Shown here: piece by piece, positions 38,443 through 50,400 of the stretch | Layout: every line of letters begins with the position of its first letter | How positions within the stretch are numbered: the first letter of the stretch is position 1 | Origin: Tubiluchus corallicola | Taxonomy: Eukaryota; Animalia; Priapulida | Length of the DNA stretch: 64,000 nt | Direction of reading: 5' to 3' | Assembly: GCA_030141605.1 (NCBI GenBank) | Contig: JAQGDQ010000592.1 | Span: 1-64,000, forward strand | Made by a program: the position numbers and the translations under genes | The notes under the pieces: model-generated | The model's input: the letters and a program-made list of their open reading frames with translations, nothing else | The model's database searches: none | What the model was told of the DNA's origin: nothing

Positions 38443-41400
38443 ATGATATCTGTCGGAGAGTCATATGAGTTTAAACCTTGTGGAGAATTTATCTTCCACT
38501 TATATCCTGATGGACATTATAGGAGAGAGCTGCATGTTAATCCTGCAAAGAAGCAGTACTCCAAAAATGTACAAATCATTTAAATATATAATATTTACAA
38601 ACATATAATTTATTTATATAAAAGATGAAACTCTGTCTATCCGTTGCTGCAGCATATTCCCAAATATGATGTACCATGAAAACCAGCATGGCTCTCAGGC
38701 TTCCTGAAGGTTTTAGGCTAATGTCAGTTTAGATCAGTGCCCCTCCCCCAAAAAGGCATCCAGAATAGCACTTTTTAGGATGTTCTACTATATGTATATG
38801 TAGTCATTCAAGGCATACCACAAAAACTTAGCATGGCCTAGGAAGGTCTTGGGCAAAAGGCAAGTTAGGGCATTTCCATTCCCCAATATGGCAGCCAAAA
38901 TAACACCCGCAGTATGGGTGGACTCTCCTATTAAGGTTAATAATGCTTCTTTTAAAAACTAATGCCCACTGTTCTTTGTGTGTGTGCTAACAATTTACAA
39001 GTTATAACAAGTCTTTTTTATATTCTTTTTAAACTAGTTTTGTTTCGGAAGGTCGTAGTATTAACTTTTTGAATGTGTTTTTGTTACAAACAAAGATATT
39101 CACTTTCTAGTTGTTGCTGGGAAATTGCAATTTAATTTTGAGAAAACACCAATAGCAATGTTAAATTCTTCATCCATTTCAGACCTTGCAGCTGTCATCA
39201 GTCATGCTATACTCTTGGTGTTTTTGACCTATAATACAAAAATAATAGCTACATCAACTATACAATTGTGAGTGTTACTTAACACCAAAAACAAAGTAAC
39301 ATTCGGCCAGAAGCACTTGTCTGTTAAGTTAACAAGTTGTAGCGCTTATCGCAGCTAGACAAATGTTACAACATCTGCGATTAATGTAAACTTTTGATGT
39401 TACATGGTTATGGGATGCTGTTTATGTAGCTGTAATACTTAAATAGTTGGTTTACTTCAGCATTTGTTTACTAGTTATTTGTTTTTTTAATTAATTAAGA
39501 GTGAGTTTTATATAGGATGTTACGTTTCTTTAATTTTTGTTTTGTTGATCATAGGGTATTATTATCTGACCGACGATGGATGAAACGCTAACCTTAAACA
39601 TATCAATATTAAGGATGTGTGTTTTAATGTCACCTTTGGTGATTTTGTTCTTAATTCTAAATTTTAATCTGCAGGTCTTACTTCTGCAAAGCTAGTTTGT
39701 AAGTGTTAATAGATCAATTTTCAACAGTTTAATTTAACTCTGAATCATTTATTCTCATGTGGCTTTGTTTCATGCCCAATGGCATTTGTTTCTAAAAGTA
39801 TTGGCTAACATCAAGATAAAGCGCCTACTATTGTTTAGTGCATTAATTACCAATTAGCCTTTTTCACATTTTGTAGGAAGAATGGATCCTGAGAACAACA
39901 GAAAATGACACTATTGAAGAACAGTTATATTATAAAGATAATACTGTTGTTTGGAGCAGAGGATCGTTTGCCAGTTCATGGAAAGTGTTGAAATCTTTTA
40001 CAGTGGATTGTCACGTCAAACAGGCATTATGGTGCTCATTTGCTGGCTTAAAATTGAAGCCAATTGTAAAGAATAGCATGGCAAAAGACAGTCCAAGAAC
40101 AGGTAATGGCTTTACTTTCAATGAGCTTTTTATTTGTGCTACTTATCAGCCATGACCAGAGCTGTTGGTAAGTTTTATTGTATATTATTAACCTATGTTA
40201 TTTTAATAGACTACTGAGTGTCATCGGGGATCATATATATTAATTTCGCTGGTATAGATCATATGTGTATATATAACCGACGAGACTACAGCTGCGAGAC
40301 GGCACCATTTTCAACGATATATACGATAGAATGAAAGGTCTCCAGCCAAGGGTTCGCTCCTGGGGGTTTATTTTTCGAATCGGGCCCACCTGGCCAAAAA
40401 CCTCCAAAAATGGCCATTTTTGCCCATTTTTTGCAAAACTTGTACCTCTTATCTTTAAAGATCCGGAATGGGCCGTGGGCGGTGCTGGTGCAGCCAAACG
40501 GCCTGTAGAAAAAACGTTCATTGGGACTCTTGGAAGGAGATATATGGCTCTTTAGAAAGAGGAAGAACAGGGCTACGCTATGGTGAGGGCTATATTTTAG
40601 GACACGTCCACCAAAAGGAGTGGCGACGAGATAATTAGATGTTGCATTTTTGGCAATTTTTGCTTGGAAAACTGCTGATCAAAGCAATTGTTGTGTCGTC
40701 ATCCATTACACTCTGTCTATAACCTGATAAGTTTAATTCATTAAAAGCTGCTGCTGCTGTTGGCTTGGCGTTAGGTAAACAAACTAACACTAAATAGGAT
40801 GTTCATGCATTATTGATTATAAGTGGATTTATACGCAAAAATTTTTGCGTGGCCTTTGCTAGTCGTATATATTAATTTCGCTGGTATGTTATATGTGTAT
40901 AAGAATAGCTCTGTTGACGGCACCATTTGTGGCGATCTATATATTAAATGAAAGGTATCGATCTAGTGTGGTCTCATTGGCAGTCCATTTTTCGAATCGG
41001 GGCCCGCCGGGACGAACGAAGGGCGGAAACCTTAAAAAATTATCATTTTTCGGCCATTTTTTGCAAAATGTATACCTCTTATTTCTGGAGAATGGGACTG
41101 GGCCAGGGGTGTTGTTAGCTATGGATAGGTAGCCCATTCAACAGTGGGTGAAGTACACATATTTAGAATTTGCAGGAGGGTCACGGCGCCTCACCTGCGC
41201 TTTCCCGGACCCAACTCCCAATTTTTTTTGAAATTTTGGTCAAACAGCCTGCAGAAAAAATGTTCTAGAGGCGCCTAGTGGGACTCTTGGAAGAAGATAT
41301 ATAGCTCTTTAGAAAGAGGAGGGACAGGGCTACACGGTAGTGTGGGCTGTATTTCAGGACACGTCCATCAAGAGGAGTGACGACGAGTTAATTAGATGTT

Positions 41401-44400
41401 CCATTTTTGGCAATTTTCGCTTGGAAAACTTGCCGTTGTTCTGACGTCATCCATTATACTCTGCCTATAATTTTGTTCAGTAAAAGCTGCTGCTGGCTTT
41501 GCTTTAGGTAAATAAACGAACACTAGATAGAATGTTTGTGCATTGTTGATTATAAGTGTATTTATATGCAAAATTTTTTGCGGGGCATTTGCTAGTGTGA
41601 TGAATAATACATTAAATATGCAGTAAATCGATAGGTACGATTTAAAAATTTTACTAATCAACACAAGTTATTATAAAAGCAAAAATATTATAGAAAAGGC
41701 TAAGTTTACTGCTGATGCAGATAATAAATAATTGTTCGTAACCTTGATACTTGCCTAACTCACTCGTTCATTTGTTTATTTACTCAATCATTTGTGTTCT
41801 CAACTATTTGTCCATTTATCTGTATACTCATACTAACGTGCTTATATATACCTAAAACTTACCCTTACTGGTTTACTTATTACTTGTTTGGTCACTAAAT
41901 TACATTTGTGTTCGCACATACCCTCTGGTGTGACTAACATGTTCTAAATTTTTCTGCATTTTTTTTTCTACTGTTTTTGTTTAAACTTATGTATATTTTA
42001 AATGCTTCTTGGTTTTCTTATTTTCAGATATGCGTGTTTTAGATGGAATTGGGATTATTCAAGATAGTATTATTAATGTTTTTGATAAAAATGGAAGCGA
42101 GTTCTCAATGACCTTGCCATTTCAGGTAATATAGGCCAAAATTGCTATGTCTAGCTAGCAGTCTGAAAATTTTGATTCCAAATATATTTTGCATCTGTTT
42201 TGTGAATTCTGTTACCTTATGTAAATAGAATATTTTGGCAGTCTTAGTTAAGAGTGTATGTGTTACATACAATAGAAATTTTAATCAATTGTGTTACAGT
42301 GTTTGCTGATGCTTATTCATGCTGTGGTGAAACACTTGTTTGGTTTCTTTAGCTGGTGAAACTCCAACTGAAACATCCTTTTTCCACTTGAGCGTGGAAG
42401 TATCACAGTTTTCTTTTTCTTTTTGAACTCCTGATAATTTGATGATCTTCTTGCATTTTTGCATATTAAAATAATTATTTATACTTTCATTATCTTGGTT
42501 TGGTAAGGTATAGTGTATATAATGTTTTCTAGTTAAGTAGTTTGGTGTGATGTAATGTTTTTGATTAAACGTTAGGATATTAAAACATTTGCTTTTAAAA
42601 ATCTAGCACCAAAATCTAACATGGTTTTGATTATCATTGGAAATGCACATTAGGTGCAAACTGTGAATTTTTAGAGAGACTTTCTCTAGATATTGCTGCA
42701 GTTTGTCAATTTTATTCATTGAGTTGTCAGTGCAATACGGTTTTTGTTTTCATTTTTGCTAGGTTGAAAAGGTGTGGAATATGCAATATGGAATTTTACT
42801 TGAGCGTCGTGTCAGTGCAGCTCAACCTGCAGGTTCATTTCTGCGGTAAGAGTCGTCAAACATTGCATGTAATGTTGGTTCCTAATTCTATACAACAAAT
42901 CGGTTGTTCTACCATTTGTTTAAGTTTAGACAATACAAGAAACTTTGATAAACATTTTAACAATACTTCTTCATGTCGATTTTAATATAAATGAGTTTTA
43001 GGTTTTACAGATATTACATGTTTGTATTATTTTTTTTATTATAATAGACAAGCTAAATGATCCTGTGTTGCCAGGGTTAGAAATGCTGTGTTTGTATTTT
43101 GAACCTTGCTTAAGCTTGTGTAAAAGTGCTTGCGTCACCCGCCTTGGTTCACTCTTTCATCATACCAAATTTCAGTGGCATGTATTTACAAAATAAGAAA
43201 ATTTCCAGTGAAAATTTGTAAGAATAGAAAAAAGACTCCAGGAAAAATACAAAAATGAAGACTGTCCTGCTTTAGTTCAAAGGCATAAATGAGGTTGCCA
43301 TAAGAGCCTTCACTTTCCTATTCTTTCGTAAAACTTAAATTGTCAAAAAATTAATTGAAAATCAACTGCTGACGTACAATACTACTAGATACAATTCTAG
43401 TTTCTTCTTGCAAGCTGTTTAAGGGAACAAGTAAACAGAAAATTCAATTTGGTTTTTATACAAGAGAGACAGACTAATGAATGGATTCAGCATAATTTGA
43501 TTCGGTTTTTTCCATAAAAATATTGAGCTGACATTATATCTTCTACTTGCAATATTTATTTTTATTAGTGCATTTGAAAGACAAGAAGCGAATGTTTTGC
43601 CAACTTTATTCAGTGTGCTTCATCCGCTCGAGGAACCTACACCAGTCATGTTTTTAGGTTCAGGTAGGGCATAGTTCATTCCATTCAAACACTAGTTATT
43701 TCTAATATTTAGCTAGTACTGTACCTAGCCATCTTCATTACGTGATCTGCAAATAACATTTTAAATATCATTTCAAGTCTCTTCTTTTATTCAATTTTTA
43801 ACTATTTATAACTTGTAAGTGTTGCATGCAAAATCTCTCATAACAACAGCGAATCATTCCATAGATTCTGTGCGTCGGTTGGTATTCATTCACTTGAGAA
43901 ACAATTTTCTTTTTAAGTCAATTTTACGTATTTTGAATTGAGGCACATGTTGAATGTAGTTTTTGTCTCACAGACAAGCCAGTTTATTTAAGTGCTTTAC
44001 ATGTTAAAGCTTGCTTAATAAAAATTTTGCAGGCATTGGAAAAACTGCTCAGATGCATAATTGCCACCATCAAATTATTTTTGCCACAAGTGATCATTCT
44101 ATAGTCTTATCATATAATAAAAAAATGCGGCAACATTGTGTTTGGAAGCTACAAAAAACTACACCACAAGTAAGTTATAAACATATTTTCAGATTAATTG
44201 AACAGTACTGTGACACTGTGATAATATTATTTGCTTTAGAATTTTCTGTAACATTGTGTTACTGTTTGCTTCAGAATTTTCATTTTAAAGTCTGCATTTT
44301 TCTATTTGTTTCTTTCTTTATTTTTGTTTAGGAAGTAAATAAGATATTTCAAAATCAGGAGAGTGCACGATTTGATCCGTCTACAGTTCATTCACCGATT

Positions 44401-47400
44401 TCAAGCTTTTCTAGCAGTTTGTCAAGATTAGCTTTATCTAGTCATTCACCTAGCCTCAACACTCAGTCACCATTAACTGTGAGGAGTCGTATAACATCGC
44501 CAGCATCTCGCAGTTACAGCCCTACTTCTGGACTTATAGGCTTGAGGTTTGTGCAGTCTTAAGTGCATTAGTATGCTGTAATTGTGAATATTAATTTCTA
44601 TTTATCATTGTAACATAATGCATTCAGTAAATACTCCAAAGCTTTGAATAACAGCGAATAGTGGCTAAACTCATCTTACAGAATTAGAAATGATGCCGAT
44701 AGGTGATCATTTCTGGAGGTCAAGAGTGGTGTCCCACAAGGGTCTTTTCTCGGGCTTTTGCTCTTTGTAATTTTTGTCAGTCAAATTGTGGCATCTGTAT
44801 AGAGTAACCTGATTAAATTTGCTGAAGACACAAAACATATAGGCAGATATCATCTGAGCTTGATGCTACAGATTGCAATTTGATTTTAGATCAGTTATGC
44901 AATTCAATTCAATTTCAATTGATTTATCTCTTTAGAACACTATAATAGAACATTATTAATAACAGAATCAGTAATAAGTTTTAAGAATAGTTACAATAGA
45001 TTGATCTAAAACTAGAAAAAGGATAGCGAAAATACTATATAAAATATTAGTCTGCAGAGCGAACATGGATTTGCATATGATTTTCAGTGTCGTCAGAGTT
45101 GGTATCTGTTAGAAAGAAAGATTTGGGTGTGTTAATTACTGATTACTTGAAATCTGCAAGCCAGCAAACGATGTGCTGAGGTGCTGAAGAATGCTAACCG
45201 AATCTTAGAAATGATAAAAAGACATTTTGTGGCTGGAGATATTACTACAATCATAAAATTGTACAAAAGCTTGTTAAGACCAAAATGATATTTCATGCAA
45301 GCATAGAATCCACATTATATGACAGACATAAAATTTCTAGCAGATGTGCAACATGCAACAAACGTGATCGAACGTATAGGTAGTAGCCGACTGACGACCA
45401 CCATCGGTTCCGGCGAATTGGTCGTAAGACGACTTGGATGCAAGTCGGACCTATCTGTTCAAGTACGTGTAAGATGTTGTGTGTACACGCACATCACACT
45501 AAGAACTGCTGCACCTAAAGCTGAATTTGTCCTCAACATATAGCAGTTTGAATTAAATTTGCTTAAAAAAAGAAGGTAATATGAGTTCTCATTTGTTTTT
45601 TTACAATTAATTAATTAAGTTGTGGTCAGGCCATGAAATTCAACATTTTAAGTAGCGTAGGTCGCAAGTCGACAACTACCCGTATGGAGGAAACGTAATA
45701 TTAAAGAAGCTTAGAAATTGTTTACTTTCGACCTTGGTAGCTGAGTAGACATTGAGGAGATTTGCTACATATTTATAATATTAGGCAGCATGAAAGATGA
45801 AAGAAACGCTTACATTGATTCATGAAAGCAGAACTAGGGCATGCTCTTATAATCTATAAACAAAAATTCAGATTGTGACTGCAGAAAATATTTTTTCACA
45901 GAAAGAATGGTTAGAGAATGGTATTTACTCCTGTGCGATATTATTACAGTTTCTTTGGTGAATAAATTCAAGAACAAACTGGACATATATTTAAATATGG
46001 GGTTGCAGCGAGTCTACTCAATTGATTTCTAATACTACTGAATTTTAAGAGTAGCGGCATGGTATTGCATGGTTTACGACTGTACACTGGTATATGTTAA
46101 ACTGTTATGTGAGAATAACCAGTTTGCAAAACAAGTAACTGTTCTGCCTTGTTTTTATTTGTTATTTTTGAAACAACATTATAACAGGCAAAATGTTCAC
46201 ATTGCTGATTATCTTTAGACACTTTCTTTTAATTTTTAAAGCTATTTGAAGGATATTAAATGTCAATTACAGTACGGTTTGACTTTGCAACCGTTTCAAT
46301 CCTAAAGTAAAGCCAATAATTTTTTTAAATTAGTCGTTCTTCAAACTCTCCATCATCTACTGGACTAGCAAGTCTGTATCGACTTTCACCTTCTCCTGCT
46401 CAACACTCATTGGAATTTACCAGAAACATGTCAGGTGAGATTATAAAATAATACCTATGAGCCTAGGCGATTTCAGGCTAAAAATTGATTCAATTAATGT
46501 TATTAGAGTCACTCTAGTGTGATTTAGCACTTGTGAATCCTCCAAATCTTTAAAGTGTCACCTGGAGGTCCCTGGCTCATATCCAGGCTATATCTCAACT
46601 TTTTCACATTTTCAATCTTTCAGGCTTGGTATCAAAATTTAATTAACTTGTGTTTGTAACATCATGATTATGATTGTTCAGGTGGTTTGAAATGATAAAT
46701 TGTTCCAAATAAATGTTAGTCATAAGCCATATTACTTTTGTAATAAGATTTTTTTATTGTTTTGTATAAGAATTGCAGCATCATTACTTACTCATTGCTT
46801 GTTCACAAAGGGTATTTAAATAAGAAAATTGTTGATGACTGAGTCTGTACAAATAGACTTGTTTGTTCATGTTTTTATCATTTTAGTAACATTGCTATTA
46901 TTTCCAATCTATTTATCAGGAGCTGTTTCACCCCTTGAACAGTCATCAGAATGGGTTGACCCTCTTACTCCCGATATCTGTTTGGAACTAGTATGGACTG
47001 AACCTATAATTGCTGGGTGAGTTACTATAAAAATTCAAATTCTGAATTTTGTCTTACATACTTAAAAGCCTTACAACCCCAAAAGACATCGGCCTTTTTT
47101 TAACATATTATTAAGATTACACAAACCAAGTATAGTTTCTTTTCAATAAAAGAAGCTTATAATTAAATAACTAACATTTTTATTTCCTATTTGGAATGTG
47201 TAGGCGGCCCATGTTTTGCGCCTTTGATGCGAGTGTGCGAGAATATCGTAATCTGTGTGCAAAGTAAAGTTCTGTGTTACTGATGCTTATGGCAAAACTT
47301 GCACAAGTTCATAATTGTAATTATTGTAAGCTCAATTATTATACATCTACGTTGATATTAAATTTTTGTGTGATGCAAGTAAATTTACATACATAAGTTT

Positions 47401-50400
47401 TTCTTTTTGTTCAAGTATAATTTTGAAATTAATTAATACTACTTAGGTCTATGTACATGAATAAAATCAGTGATCACAAAATGCAGCAGACCTACCTTCT
47501 TTGCAGTTAAGTCAGTTTTAATAAAGATCAAACTCCCACTATTTTCAGTGTTCCAAATCCAGGTTTTATTTTATCAAAATTTTAATGACAACTAGGTCAA
47601 GGGTATGTTGTTAAAGTTTCAAACTGTCACAAGTTTTACCACAATTCTAAGTTGTAAAATTATTACTTCACCCATGCCTTATACCTCCCGCTTATGACAC
47701 TATTTTCATTCCAGCACCCCGCCCTGATCGATCAAAATAACCATTTTATCTTAATTGTGTATTAATACTAACTGTACTGATTGCTTCTGCAGCACATAGG
47801 CTAATGAGAAACACCTTTGTGAATTAATATTTTTTCTTTGTATTATTAAGTGATTAATATTTTCATACTGGCGGTTTCAGAAAAGAAAGAAATTCACCAG
47901 CCGAGAAAATCTTCTTGACGACTGATGTGTGTAATCAACATTATATGTGCTACTTGACTGCAACTCAGAGTGAACTCAGGTATCTAGTTTTGTATTTATA
48001 GTTATTTCTATGTATTTACCAACAGACGGTGACTATATAATATTCACTAACTTTAAAAGCTAATGGTGTGTGGTGTTACTTGTGCAAATTTATTGAAATA
48101 AACTTTTGAGGAGAAGCAAGAAAAAGCTTAACAAAATAGGCTTGAGAATGTCATGTGTGCTAAACAAATACTGGGCAATCAGTAATGGTGTAATTTAAGG
48201 CAATGATTATATTTCCAGATTTATGTTGCTGGAATAACAGGAGCCCCAGATACAGCAAAATAGTGACAAGCAGCAAAAATGCAAAAAAGGAAAAAAATGT
48301 AACTACAAAAATAATGTGATTGTGTTTTTTGTAGGTGTGTAAAATATGAGGAGAGCAACGACAGGTCTCAACTGATATTTGGCGTGGGTGTTAGCATTCC
48401 TGCAAGAGATGCAGTGGGTTTAAAGGTTTAAATTTAGTTATTCTATTACTGCTATTCACTTTATTTCTTGTTTCTGCATGTACTCGTAGTTGTTATAAAT
48501 TCTTGAGAAAATTTGTTTTAATAGAACATATGCTGCTTTATAACTCATAATAAATTTTTATAATAAAATTTCATTTTAAAGATTTTTGTGAAGTAGCAGT
48601 GAATATATATATGATGGAATAAAATGTTCCAAAGTTACAGAAAACATCATTAATGACTGATTCTTTTGTAAGAGTCTTCTGTAAAATTAAGATGTCATCT
48701 TTTTAATTTTAATATAATTATGTTATTGACTTTTCACAGATAAGGTTTATTGTAGGCTAATGATTTAACTAAGGCCTGATTTCACACAGTTAAGCATGGC
48801 TAGTTTTGATTAATACCTGAATGGGTGAGCAACTATATAGCAACTTAATCAGTGGTTAATGTAATTTTCTACCTAGATCCGCATAAAATGTACAATGTCT
48901 AGATAGGGCTTACTAAACTTAGTAATGTGTACTAAGTCAAGCCCCTTTGTTAAATAAGTTCTTTTAGACATATTCATACTTAGAAACAAATCACTTTATA
49001 CAAAGTACAAAACATTAGTATCAAATTTTAGATGCCAGGTGGCTTCTAAGTGGCAAATAAATTACAAGAAATATGAAATAAGTAGATGGTAGTGCTCTTT
49101 TGCAAGACTACATAGACTGCACAGAATAAACTCTAACTTAATCTTAATTATCTCAACAATCGGTTTAGGAAAGAGGCATTTATAAGGTCACATCTCGTCT
49201 TCAACTGCATTATTGTGCAACTGGTTTTTATACAAGAGAAAGGCAAAATAACTAAATTTCATATTTATACATAAATATAGCAGGTACTAATTCCAATTTG
49301 ATGGGGTATACAGTAGTGTTGCTCGATAATCTATATATTTTTTTTCAATCCGATATGATACCCATATATAACTTTGAGTACAAATTTAAAACGGTCTGAT
49401 ATTGCGAAAAATTACCGATGTCAAAAATATTGCATGGCAGTAGCTGCTACACAATTGCAAGTTTGTACAAAATGTATAGCAATAACTTATTTCTGACAAC
49501 TTGCTTACGTTTCAAATATTTTGGCAAAACTCCATGTAAAATTGGTTGTCATCAATGGGCAATATGAGAACTAGTTTCAGATCCAAGTTCGTTCGTAGAA
49601 AAAGGAAATGTTTACATTACTATAATAATGAAATATTGTAGTAATTATGCAGCAGAAATAGAGGCATACTAAAGAAACACAACATAGTTAGTAACTTAAA
49701 AACAACTAAAGCACATTACTCATAAAATTACTTTTTATAACCAGTGTTGCTTAACTATAGAAGGTAAAATGAGTTTTGTAACTCTAATAATTAGATTTTT
49801 TCTGGTTTCGAAGACATTAGTACATTCAATAGCCAAAACAGCATTAAAATAACTGTTTCTATATAGTAACATTTTTAAGGTGAGCCATTAGAAATCAATG
49901 TAAGTAAGCACATTTCGCTTACAAATTTTAACATACTCTGTAGTTACAACCTGGCAGGGTTGCATCTCTCACTGATCAGCAGCAAGCCTGCCAAAAATGT
50001 TATCTCCCTGTAAACAATTAATTTTTTTTGCGGTGGTGTAGAATGTATGTGCATGCTGTGTGAACTTAATACACCCAATATGTAACATGCAATGAATATT
50101 TAATGCTACAGCTGCCATTTTCTGGGAAACATTATAAGTATCGAAAGTTTAAGCAAGTAAAAATCTGCCTATATTTGAGAAAACATTGGGAAATATTGAA
50201 ATTTTGCTAAATGTCGGAGGAATTCGACATCTAATATCGGACGTCACTACTATACAGGAGGTCTCATAGACGTTTTTATGATTCTGCTGTGCTTTGTTTG
50301 GCATCTATAGCACTGTGTTACAAATATCTGAGAAATTTAAAAAAATTAGATAGTGCAGTATCTTGTAACTAGCTTTTTAAATGCACTTTATATTTGACTT

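Noticed and set aside
38605-39040. Third Helitron (TATATAAAAGATGAA start, CTAGT at about 39034)
   Set aside because: No 5' TC and no 3' hairpin, so the termini are not supportable.
40240-41664. ORFs 40240-40521, 40331-40555, 40893-41132 and 41392-41664 as captured genes or RepHel
   Set aside because: No HUH or helicase motifs, and the frames are not conserved between the two Helitron copies.
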